Source: Candidatus Kuenenia stuttgartensis
Lineage (GTDB): Bacteria; Planctomycetota; Brocadiia; Brocadiales; Brocadiaceae
Direction of reading: 5' to 3'
Length of the DNA stretch: 32,000 nucleotides
NCBI RefSeq assembly: GCF_900232105.1
Contig: NZ_LT934425.1
Span: forward strand, 1,230,001 to 1,262,000
Shown: positions 25,075 to 32,000 of the stretch, in pieces
Position numbering within the stretch: position 1 is the first letter of the stretch
Layout: every line of letters starts with the position of its first letter
Translations under genes and position numbers: made by a program
The notes under the pieces: model-generated
The model's database searches: none
Seen by the model: only the letters and a program-made list of their open reading frames with translations
Told to the model about the DNA's origin: nothing

Positions 25075-25090
25075 CCACTATACACACATT

Positions 25091-26551
25091 ATGAATACCC
25101 CAGAGCCGCTTATCTTTGAAAAATCTGTTCCCAACAGAAGATGTTTTAGCCTGCCCGCCTGCGATGTGCCGGAAAGCCCAATAACACAGTTAATTCCTCA
25201 AAAAATGCAAAGGAGCCGGAACCCCAACTTTCCCGAAGTATCGGAAATTGACATAGTGCGGCACTTTACAAAACTTTCCCAAATGAACTATTGCGTTGAC
25301 ACGCATTTTTATCCGCTGGGTTCATGTACCATGAAATACAATCCGAAGATTAATGAAGATGCCGCAAACCTGGAAGGTTTTACAAGGCTACATCCTTATC
25401 AACCGCAAGAACAATGTCAGGGTATTTTAAAAATACTCTACGATCTGGAACAGATGCTTGCAGATATATCAGGTATGCCTTGTTTCACATTACAACCTGC
25501 GGCGGGCGCCCATGGTGAATTAACAGGTATGCTGATAATTCAGGCATATATGAAGAAGCAGCGGGAAATCAGAAATACCATTATTGTGCCCGATTCTGCC
25601 CATGGAACAAATCCTGCCTCCGCTGCCCTTTGCGGCTACCGTATAGCATCCGTCCAATCAGACGCCAACGGACTTATCGATGTTAAAAAATTGAAACAAA
25701 TGCTGTCAAATGATACAGCGGCTCTCATGGTTACCAACCCCAACACCCTAGGTCTTTTTGAAAAAGATATACTTGAAATAAGTAAAATCGCCCACGATGC
25801 CGGAGCGCTGGTTTATTGTGACGGCGCCAACATGAATGCGCTTCTGGGCATAGCACGTCCGGGAGACATGGGGGTAGATATTTTACACCTTAATCTGCAC
25901 AAGACATTTTCTACCCCTCATGGAGGAGGCGGGCCTGGGGCGGGTCCGATAGGGGTTTCAAGGGCATTAGAGGTATTCCTCCCTATACCACGAACAGTAA
26001 AAAATGAGGATGATTCATATGCATTAACGTATGATTTCCCGGACTCAATAGGAAGGGTCAGGGCTTTTTATGGTCATGTGGGTATAATGATTCGGGCATA
26101 TACGTACCTGTTGTCGTTAGGAAAGGAGGGGATAATAAAAACGGGGGAAAACGCCGTCTTAAACGCCAATTACCTGAGAAACATCCTTTCAGAATATTAC
26201 GAAATACCGTATGGAAAGACCTGCATGCATGAATTTGTCATATCCGCAAAAAAACAAAAGGCACAGGGCGTTTCCGCTTTGGATATTGCCAAAAAATTAT
26301 TGGATTACGGTTTTCATGCCCCTACGATTTATTTCCCACTAATCGTGGAAGAGGCTTTAATGGTGGAACCGACAGAAACTGAGTCACGGGAAACACTGGA
26401 TGCGTTTGCAGGCGCAATGATTGAAATTGCCGGCGCAATTGCACAAGCGCCGGAAACCGTGCGTAATGCACCGCAAAAAACGAGAATCGGACGCCCTGAC
26501 GAAGTAATTGCCGCCAGAAATCCAAAATTAAGGTGGAAAGGTACCGGGTAG
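25091..26551 (+). CDS. gcvPB: Glycine dehydrogenase (aminomethyl-transferring) subunit 2
   Basis: 486 aa. LIFEKS start, SCTMKYNPK, PLP-lysine motif LNLHKTFSTPHGGGGPG. Confidence 0.92.
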   Translation: MNTPEPLIFEKSVPNRRCFSLPACDVPESPITQLIPQKMQRSRNPNFPEVSEIDIVRHFTKLSQMNYCVDTHFYPLGSCTMKYNPKINEDAANLEGFTRLHPYQPQEQCQGILKILYDLEQMLADISGMPCFTLQPAAGAHGELTGMLIIQAYMKKQREIRNTIIVPDSAHGTNPASAALCGYRIASVQSDANGLIDVKKLKQMLSNDTAALMVTNPNTLGLFEKDILEISKIAHDAGALVYCDGANMNALLGIARPGDMGVDILHLNLHKTFSTPHGGGGPGAGPIGVSRALEVFLPIPRTVKNEDDSYALTYDFPDSIGRVRAFYGHVGIMIRAYTYLLSLGKEGIIKTGENAVLNANYLRNILSEYYEIPYGKTCMHEFVISAKKQKAQGVSALDIAKKLLDYGFHAPTIYFPLIVEEALMVEPTETESRETLDAFAGAMIEIAGAIAQAPETVRNAPQKTRIGRPDEVIAARNPKLRWKGTG

Positions 26552-26919
26552 GCTTTAATGTGAGATTTACGAAGGATTCGGCGGCCTGGGTTTTGCATCA
26601 AAACTGGCTGGCTCGAAAATAAGACTACAAAAAATAGCTCAAGTACATGTACCGCAATATTATATGGTTATAAAACCATTTTCATAGTTTCTGTGTGTTG
26701 CAAATGAAACATGATGACTGTTTGGTGGATTCGGTGCGAAAAAGCCGCACCTTAATCCACCATAAACGTTTGAAACACCAAACGAAACAACATAGTCTTT
26801 GCAAGCATGTTATATTAACCCTGACAGGGTTCTTTCGTATTCAGGTTTTTGTATTTGTAATGAATTGTGCTTTGGATTGTCTTTCAGATAGGTTAATTGT
26901 TTTTAATGCCTCTTCTTTA

Positions 26920-26990
26920 GTAACTATTCAGCGTAATTTATTAAACTACCGGAGATCAGAGCCGTGTATTGTTTACGCTGAATAGTTACC
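26920..26990. repeat. Palindromic element, copy B (GTAACTATTCAGCGTAA ... TTACGCTGAATAGTTAC)
   Basis: Perfect 17-bp arms. Ends 8 nt from the stop of the (-) RidA-like gene. Plausible terminator for the convergent gcvPB and RidA-like genes. Confidence 0.9.
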
Positions 26991-26998
26991 AATGAAGA

Positions 26999-27511
26999 CT
27001 ATTTTGCCACCTTGTAGGCAATAACATTTACCAGTTCAATTTGATACGTCTTGTTCAGGTCTTGTATGCCAATTGCTGCACGGGTTGGACATGATTTGAC
27101 AAATTCCTTATACACGGCGTTCATCTCTCCCCAGTAATCCATATTTTTAAGGAAAATAATTAAATTTACTATTCTATCTGGCTTTGAGCCCATGGCTTCC
27201 AATGCGGTTTTCAGGTTTGAAAAAACCAGTTTAAATTGTTCTTTTGGAACCAGACTAGGCACTTCACCCGACGCATCAACAGGTATAAAACCACCGCAGC
27301 GTATTTTAATTGCCCGGATTTTTGTAAGTCTGACCATGTCCTCTTCAAAGTAATCGCTCATCAACCCTACTTGCCGTTCAGGTTGCTTCCCGACGTTTTT
27401 CAGAGAATCCCTTAGTATAAGGTCTAATAATGTGTCTCTTTCTTTAAAAGACAACTGCAAGGCTTTGTCAATGGGTAATGCATCTAAATCAGCTAAAGTT
27501 AAATTTGCCAT
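26999..27511 (-). CDS. RidA/YjgF/L-PSP family protein with N-terminal extension
   Basis: Start taken at the ATG at 27511 (MANLTLADLD) with RBS gagggg. The C-terminal about 115 aa (IRCGGFIPVDASGEVP...FSNLKTALEAMGSKPDRIVNLIIFLKNM...MNAVYKEFV...PTRAAIGIQDL...IELVNVIAYK) fits RidA. The first about 55 aa have no match I recognise. Confidence 0.75.
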   Translation of the reverse strand: MANLTLADLDALPIDKALQLSFKERDTLLDLILRDSLKNVGKQPERQVGLMSDYFEEDMVRLTKIRAIKIRCGGFIPVDASGEVPSLVPKEQFKLVFSNLKTALEAMGSKPDRIVNLIIFLKNMDYWGEMNAVYKEFVKSCPTRAAIGIQDLNKTYQIELVNVIAYKVAK

Positions 27512-27740
27512 TTTTCCCCTCTTTTCGTTAAAAGACAAAACAAAATATAATTCAATACCAGAAGAATGAGCATATTTTCATACTGCCAGGGGTTAAACCC
27601 CATAAGCGTTAAGTTAAAATTACGGATTGATTTAACCGTGTAATGAATAACGAACAAGTTGCCCGGCAATATTAACCGGTAGATATACGGGTATGGAGGA
27701 TTGCCCGTATAACTACCGGTATATAAATTACACCGTTAAA

Positions 27741-27768
27741 GCAGAGACGCACGGCTGTGCGTCTCTGC
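27741..27768 (-). terminator. Perfect 12-bp-stem hairpin (GCAGAGACGCAC-GGCT-GTGCGTCTCTGC) after the GltB-like gene
   Basis: Lies 47 nt downstream of the stop at 27815 on the (-) strand. The following T-tract is weak (TTT), so terminator function is uncertain. Confidence 0.45.
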
Positions 27769-27814
27769 ATTTTGATTGCGGCTTTGCTGCGTTATGATGC
27801 AACAAATGGTAACG

Positions 27815-29392
27815 TCATGCATCCAGAACCCTCTCTGCTTGTTCTTTGTCATAATCCATGATATAGGTAATGCCGGTGATATCTGTAGCTTCTCTCGTTA
27901 ATGTAAAAATATCATCCCTCGTTATATCGTTAACCGACCATCTCCGGGAACCGGCCATCAGTTGCCTCAATCCAGTTGCCAGGCGCTGATAATAAGAATA
28001 CATGCCAATGGCGCCTGTGGGAATATTGCCAAACCGATCCTTTACCTTTTGTGAGTAATAGAAGATTTGATCGGTGGAAGAACCATATTCCGAAACAGGT
28101 TTTGGCACTTTCCCTTCTGCCACCGCCTTGCCGATGGTATTGCCAACCATGGCGGCGCAAATGGTAGACCGTGACATCCCTACTGCCTTAATAAATGGCG
28201 ATAAGAGGGCAAAAGATTTATAAATATGGTCTTCCGAGACGAGACCCCCTGCAAGGACTATATCAGGGACATATTCGCCACGGTCCGCAAGCCTTTTGCA
28301 ATATTCATACGTTAATGCGGCGATATACACCGTTGGCAGTCCCCATTCATTCATCATACGCCAGGGACTCATGCCCGTTCCGCCGCCGGAACCATCGATT
28401 GTCAGGACATCTATCCTCGCCCAGGAAGCAAATTTAATGGCGCGGGCAAGATCGGAAGGCCGGTAAGACCCTGTCTTTAAAAAGACATATTTGGCGCCGG
28501 CATCTCTTAAATGCTGGACGTTATTCATGAATCCGTCAAATGCCCGCGACATGGCGTCCGGTATTGCGCAGATCCGTGTATGTCTTTCAAAACCCTTAAT
28601 CGTCCCGTTTTTAAATGCCTGCTGCGTAAGTGCATCTTCCGGGTCGGGAATGACTACATACCCAAGTTTTTTTAACCGGATGGCCTTTTCAATGGAGGTT
28701 AACTTTACCTCGCCGCCGATATTTTTGGCGCCCTGTCCCCATTTCAATTCGACGGCGTCCGCCCCTAATTTCTCAAGGGAGTAGGGCAATACCCCAAGGC
28801 GCCAGTCTTCCTGGTTTGCCTGAATTGCAATAAATCCATACCCATCCTTTTGATTATCTTTAAACGATTTGAAACGCCGCACTAATTCCGGGCTGTTTGT
28901 AACATTGCCGTCCGTTATGGTTGAATCATCATCCATCGCAGCCACATTTTCACCGAGGACAATGCCTGTACCACAGATAGCTGCGCCGGAGCCTAAAGAC
29001 TCAAAGTGGGTTTGGGCTATTTTCGTTGAACCAAGGCCCGTACAAATTATGGGGATACGCAATTTTAGTCCACCGTCCCTCCCCATTTTTGTTTCAATAC
29101 AGGCGTTGGTAAACAGGTCATATTCCTTTTGGTGATGTCCCGTGATTGAGCCTGTTATATTAAAATGAGAAAAATCAACGGGGAAATCCTTTTGTGCCCC
29201 TGCGGTAATTTCGCCAAACGGCACAGGATAAATCGCTTCAGGCCCCCTATAGGCGGATTTGCCAATTTCGCAGTATCCGGGGCAGCCATCCAGGCACGTA
29301 ACGCACATACCGCTCTGGGGCAATACCTCATCGCCTAAACGGGTCCACGTGCCTGTGGCCCTTGATTTGTTCGGGATAAACAAGGATCCCAT
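27815..29392 (-). CDS. Stand-alone FMN-binding glutamate-synthase-family protein (GltB FMN-domain homologue)
   Basis: 525 aa. DGSGGGTGMSPW and VLAGGL motifs of the GltB FMN/TIM-barrel domain. N-terminal Cys cluster CVTCLDGCPGYCEIG. RBS aaggag. No amidotransferase domain and no GltD-like partner nearby. Confidence 0.8.
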   Translation of the reverse strand: MGSLFIPNKSRATGTWTRLGDEVLPQSGMCVTCLDGCPGYCEIGKSAYRGPEAIYPVPFGEITAGAQKDFPVDFSHFNITGSITGHHQKEYDLFTNACIETKMGRDGGLKLRIPIICTGLGSTKIAQTHFESLGSGAAICGTGIVLGENVAAMDDDSTITDGNVTNSPELVRRFKSFKDNQKDGYGFIAIQANQEDWRLGVLPYSLEKLGADAVELKWGQGAKNIGGEVKLTSIEKAIRLKKLGYVVIPDPEDALTQQAFKNGTIKGFERHTRICAIPDAMSRAFDGFMNNVQHLRDAGAKYVFLKTGSYRPSDLARAIKFASWARIDVLTIDGSGGGTGMSPWRMMNEWGLPTVYIAALTYEYCKRLADRGEYVPDIVLAGGLVSEDHIYKSFALLSPFIKAVGMSRSTICAAMVGNTIGKAVAEGKVPKPVSEYGSSTDQIFYYSQKVKDRFGNIPTGAIGMYSYYQRLATGLRQLMAGSRRWSVNDITRDDIFTLTREATDITGITYIMDYDKEQAERVLDA

Positions 29393-29463
29393 AATATACT
29401 CCTTTCCTTGTTGTTAACAAATTAACTGTTGGAATAGTTATAGCGCACCAGCAGATTTTTTGA

Positions 29464-30174
29464 TTAAAATCTGGTTGCCTTCTCTAATCCGTCCCACAAT
29501 ACCGTTCTTGCGTCAAGGAAATCAAGAGCGCCCTTCCTTATTTTTCTCTGCTCCTCTTCCGTTTTAGAGCAAAATACCAGAGAGTTTCTGATGTTTGCGG
29601 CATGCTCAACGTCTAATTCTATATGGGCAGAAAAGAAGAGTACTGCATCATCATTTAAACCGGCGCGTTTACAGCCTTCACGAATCGGCTGATACATGGT
29701 AGGCACAATATACTCAGTTCCTGGCCCCAATGCCCCCAAGGCTTCAACATAATCCATATAATGAATGTTCAGGTATTTTTCCACAAACAATTTTGTCTCA
29801 GGCAGCATTACTATATTGTTCAATGCCTGCTGGTCGGTATTAACTCCGGCTGCTTTCAGGAATCTGCGGAAGATTGCAGGGTGGGTAAGTTCTGCATCCA
29901 TGCCTTTTTTCTCTTCACTTCTGCCGCCGTACTCTTCAAATAAATTCTTAATTAACGGCGCCCTGCCAGCTTCGTCGGGACAAATAGCAATTGCACCCGC
30001 CAAATACCGTGAAAAATGCCTTGAAAAACAATAGTATTGTTCCGCATATAATTTTACTGCCTTCATATCTGCTTTTGTTCTGAATTTTTGCAAATATGGG
30101 TGGTCGTTAACCGCCGGATGTTTTAAAACTTCTGCTTCCAGTTTGTCAAAAAATTCGTCAGTTGACATAGCCAT
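29464..30174 (-). CDS. Heme-oxygenase-like diiron (HDO; CADD/PqqC-like fold) family protein
   Basis: 236 aa. HPYLQKF...YAEQYYCFSRHFSRYLAGAI...NLFEEYGG...HPAIFRRFLKAAGV...GTEYIVP...FSAHIELDVEHA. The E/H, E and H-x3-D-x2-H residues are spaced as expected for the diiron site. RBS aggagg. Confidence 0.7.
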   Translation of the reverse strand: MAMSTDEFFDKLEAEVLKHPAVNDHPYLQKFRTKADMKAVKLYAEQYYCFSRHFSRYLAGAIAICPDEAGRAPLIKNLFEEYGGRSEEKKGMDAELTHPAIFRRFLKAAGVNTDQQALNNIVMLPETKLFVEKYLNIHYMDYVEALGALGPGTEYIVPTMYQPIREGCKRAGLNDDAVLFFSAHIELDVEHAANIRNSLVFCSKTEEEQRKIRKGALDFLDARTVLWDGLEKATRF

Positions 30175-30334
30175 AATTATTAACTCCTCCTAAAAAGTAT
30201 GTAGATTTATCAAAATATCTTAAAATTCAAACAAAGAATCACTAACAATATACTGCACTGAATTAATCAATACACCTCCTTTCTGCTTCATACAGGAATT
30301 AAGAAAGCATTAAATTTCTTAAAATAATCCGCTC

Positions 30335-30742
30335 TTATTTTATACCTTTACTGTTCAGATGTTCGCTATACCTCTGATCCGTTTCCTTAATATGTTTATT
30401 CAGCCAATCGGTAAGGAATTTTGATACCTCTACGGTTAAGCTTACTTTTCCCGCATTGTAATCATTTTGAAGCGCTAATACCTTTGCAGTCATCTTGTCG
30501 TGTTTGTCCTTGTGCTCAACATATTCCGGATAATCATGTTGCTTAAATATCTTCTCTTCTGCGGCAAAATGGAAACCTGTGTAATTTATCAATTTTTTTA
30601 AAATATCACCAACAACGATCTTCCCCTTCCCCTGCCTCATAGCATCATCCAGATCGTTAATCATTCCTATTAGCTGCTTATGATGTCCATCAAACTCAGC
30701 AATTTTTACACTATACTCATCTTTCCAGGTCATTAACGGCAT
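30335..30742 (-). CDS. Bacteriohemerythrin
   Basis: 135 aa. MTWKDEYSVKIAEFDGHHKQLIGMINDL, HFAAEEKIF, EHKDKHDKM, WLNKHIKETDQRY carry the hemerythrin His/Glu/Asp ligand pattern. Confidence 0.88.
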   Translation of the reverse strand: MPLMTWKDEYSVKIAEFDGHHKQLIGMINDLDDAMRQGKGKIVVGDILKKLINYTGFHFAAEEKIFKQHDYPEYVEHKDKHDKMTAKVLALQNDYNAGKVSLTVEVSKFLTDWLNKHIKETDQRYSEHLNSKGIK

Positions 30743-30822
30743 AATTCCATCTCCATAAATAATATTTCCTCTTTAAAAACCCAACGACTTTTTGGATATT
30801 ACGTAGACTGTAGAACTCAGTG

Positions 30823-30838
30823 AGCAATCGTTGTGCCT
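30823..30838 (-). promoter_or_regulatory. Near-consensus sigma-54 promoter AGGCAC-AACGA-TTGCT upstream of the hemerythrin gene
   Basis: The reverse complement of 30823..30838 reads AGGCACAACGATTGCT (consensus TGGCAC-N5-TTGCW), about 80 nt upstream of the ATG at 30742 and directly downstream of a sigma-54 activator gene on the same strand. Confidence 0.7.
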
Positions 30839-30958
30839 GAAAAAAATGCCTGTCTGTTATTTTGAAATAAATATTTGATATGATGAGAGTTATAACAATG
30901 ATGATATTTTTGTTACAGGATGGATAAGTTTTTGAGAGGGGTTGTTAGCAGATTTTTC

Positions 30959-31012
30959 CGAAAAATTTTCGTATATTGGCTATATGCTGGCAAAGCGTAC
31001 GAATTTTTTTCG
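30959..31012. promoter_or_regulatory. Two CGAA-N5-TTCG palindromes, candidate activator binding sites (UAS)
   Basis: CGAAAAATTTTCG (30959..30971) and CGAATTTTTTTCG (31000..31012), centres 41 bp apart, 120-175 bp upstream of the -24 element. Function is inferred only. Confidence 0.3.
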
Positions 31013-31015
31013 CAT

Positions 31016-32000
31016 TCAGCACCATTCTTTGGTTTTGTATTCGATTTTTCGTGTAGATATACCCAATATTTTTGCAGCGGATTGTTTGCTGCCATTAGTT
31101 ATTTGGAGGGTTCTTTGGATGATCTCTTTTTCGGCTTCTTTTAAGGTAGTGCCTATGGGTATTTTAATTACCGGGATATATTCATTGTCCGGCATAATGC
31201 TCTCCGGCAAATGATCAACGGAAATGGTATCGCTTTTACACAATACAATAGCCCGTTCTATGGTATTTTGCAGTTCCCTGATATTGCCCTGCCAATGGTG
31301 GGAAAGGAGCGCTTTTATGGCCTCCGGGTCGAAACCTTTTATCTCTTTCTTGTATTTTTTTGCATATTTAACGGCAAAATAATTTGAAAGAATGGGAATG
31401 TCGTCTTTTCTTTCTCTCAGGGGGGGCATTTGAATGTTGATAACGTTTAGGCGGTAAAATAAATCCTCCCGGAATCTACCTTCGGAGACTTCTTCTTCAA
31501 GGTTCCGGTTTGTTGCGGCGATACACCTCACATCCACTTTTATGGTCTTTTCACCCCCAACACGTTCAAATTCTCCTTTTTCCAGTACGCGCAATAATTT
31601 GACCTGAACTTTCAGACTCATTTCTGCTAATTCGTCCAGAAAAAGGGTTCCGCCGTCTGCCAGTTCAAACCGTCCCTTTCGTGATTGTATCGCCCCCGTA
31701 AAGGCACCCTTTTCGTGTCCGAATAATTCACTCTCGAGTATTCCTTCAGATAGTGCGGCGCAATGCAATGCCACGAATGGTTTTCCGGCCCTTTCGCTCC
31801 TGTAATGTATGGCGTGTGCTACAAGTTCCTTTCCCGTTCCCGTCTCTCCCATAATAAGAACAGATGCCGTACTGGGGGCAACGTCTTCAATCATTTTAAA
31901 AATCCGATGCATTTGCGGAGAGCCGCCCACCAGCTCGGAAAATGTATACTTATCTTTCAGCTCTTCCTTTAACAGCCGGTTTTGGATTACGAGTTGTTGT
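31016..32000 (-). CDS. Sigma-54-dependent transcriptional activator (5-prime end outside the window)
   Basis: AAA+ core GETGTGKE, GAFTGA loop (EKGAFTGA), C-terminal HTH SKQSAAKILGISTRKIEYK. The reading frame stays open to the window edge, so the sensor domain is not visible. Confidence 0.88.
   Translation of the reverse strand, partial: QQLVIQNRLLKEELKDKYTFSELVGGSPQMHRIFKMIEDVAPSTASVLIMGETGTGKELVAHAIHYRSERAGKPFVALHCAALSEGILESELFGHEKGAFTGAIQSRKGRFELADGGTLFLDELAEMSLKVQVKLLRVLEKGEFERVGGEKTIKVDVRCIAATNRNLEEEVSEGRFREDLFYRLNVINIQMPPLRERKDDIPILSNYFAVKYAKKYKKEIKGFDPEAIKALLSHHWQGNIRELQNTIERAIVLCKSDTISVDHLPESIMPDNEYIPVIKIPIGTTLKEAEKEIIQRTLQITNGSKQSAAKILGISTRKIEYKTKEWC

Noticed and set aside
24794-25090. 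Glycine riboswitch upstream of gcvPB
   Set aside because: The upstream sequence is occupied by the DUF5615 pseudogene, leaving only 16 nt of spacer. No tandem aptamer-like conserved cores are seen.
26695-26985. 96-aa (+) ORF in the gcvPB/RidA-like intergenic region
   Set aside because: It runs through two palindromic repeats (26724..26761 and 26920..26990) and has no RBS or motif. It is most likely an artefact.
1-32000. tRNA, rRNA, tmRNA or RNase P genes
   Set aside because: Scanning by eye found no T-loop (GGTTCGAATCC-like) with a matching acceptor stem and no rRNA-like conserved blocks. A covariance-model scan would be needed to exclude small RNAs formally.

Overview
About 40% GC bacterial chromosomal window. 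The taxon cannot be fixed from the sequence alone. It is gene-dense but unusually rich in sigma-54 regulation and in short structured intergenic repeats. Left to right: a PAS-GAF-GGDEF cyclase (-); a 1.5-kb gene-free stretch holding a 6x14-bp tandem array and nested inverted-repeat (MITE-like) elements; a (+) regulatory operon (NtrC-type activator, REC/PP2C-like/RsbW-kinase fusion, STAS antagonist) followed by two TPR envelope proteins; a BrnT/BrnA toxin-antitoxin pair (-); a (+) block of TPR protein, cytoplasmic PAS histidine kinase and second sigma-54 activator feeding into flgB-flgC-fliE; a decayed GIY-YIG gene buried in its own repeat family; thyX and a corrinoid adenosyltransferase (-); a compositionally mosaic islet (PIN toxin with downstream partner, high-GC Mrr endonuclease); pyruvate carboxylase (-); a DUF433/DUF5615 pair with a nonsense-inactivated second gene; gcvPB (+). 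The window ends with a (-) cluster headed by a third sigma-54 activator: near-consensus -24/-12 promoter, hemerythrin, a heme-oxygenase-like diiron protein, a stand-alone GltB-type FMN protein and a RidA-like protein. That last cluster is my best candidate for an undescribed functional module. The REC-pseudoPP2C-kinase/STAS partner-switching unit with no sigma factor nearby, and a family of heptanucleotide-periodic intergenic arrays, are the next most interesting. All calls rest on reading the ORF translations and the DNA directly. No database search was possible.
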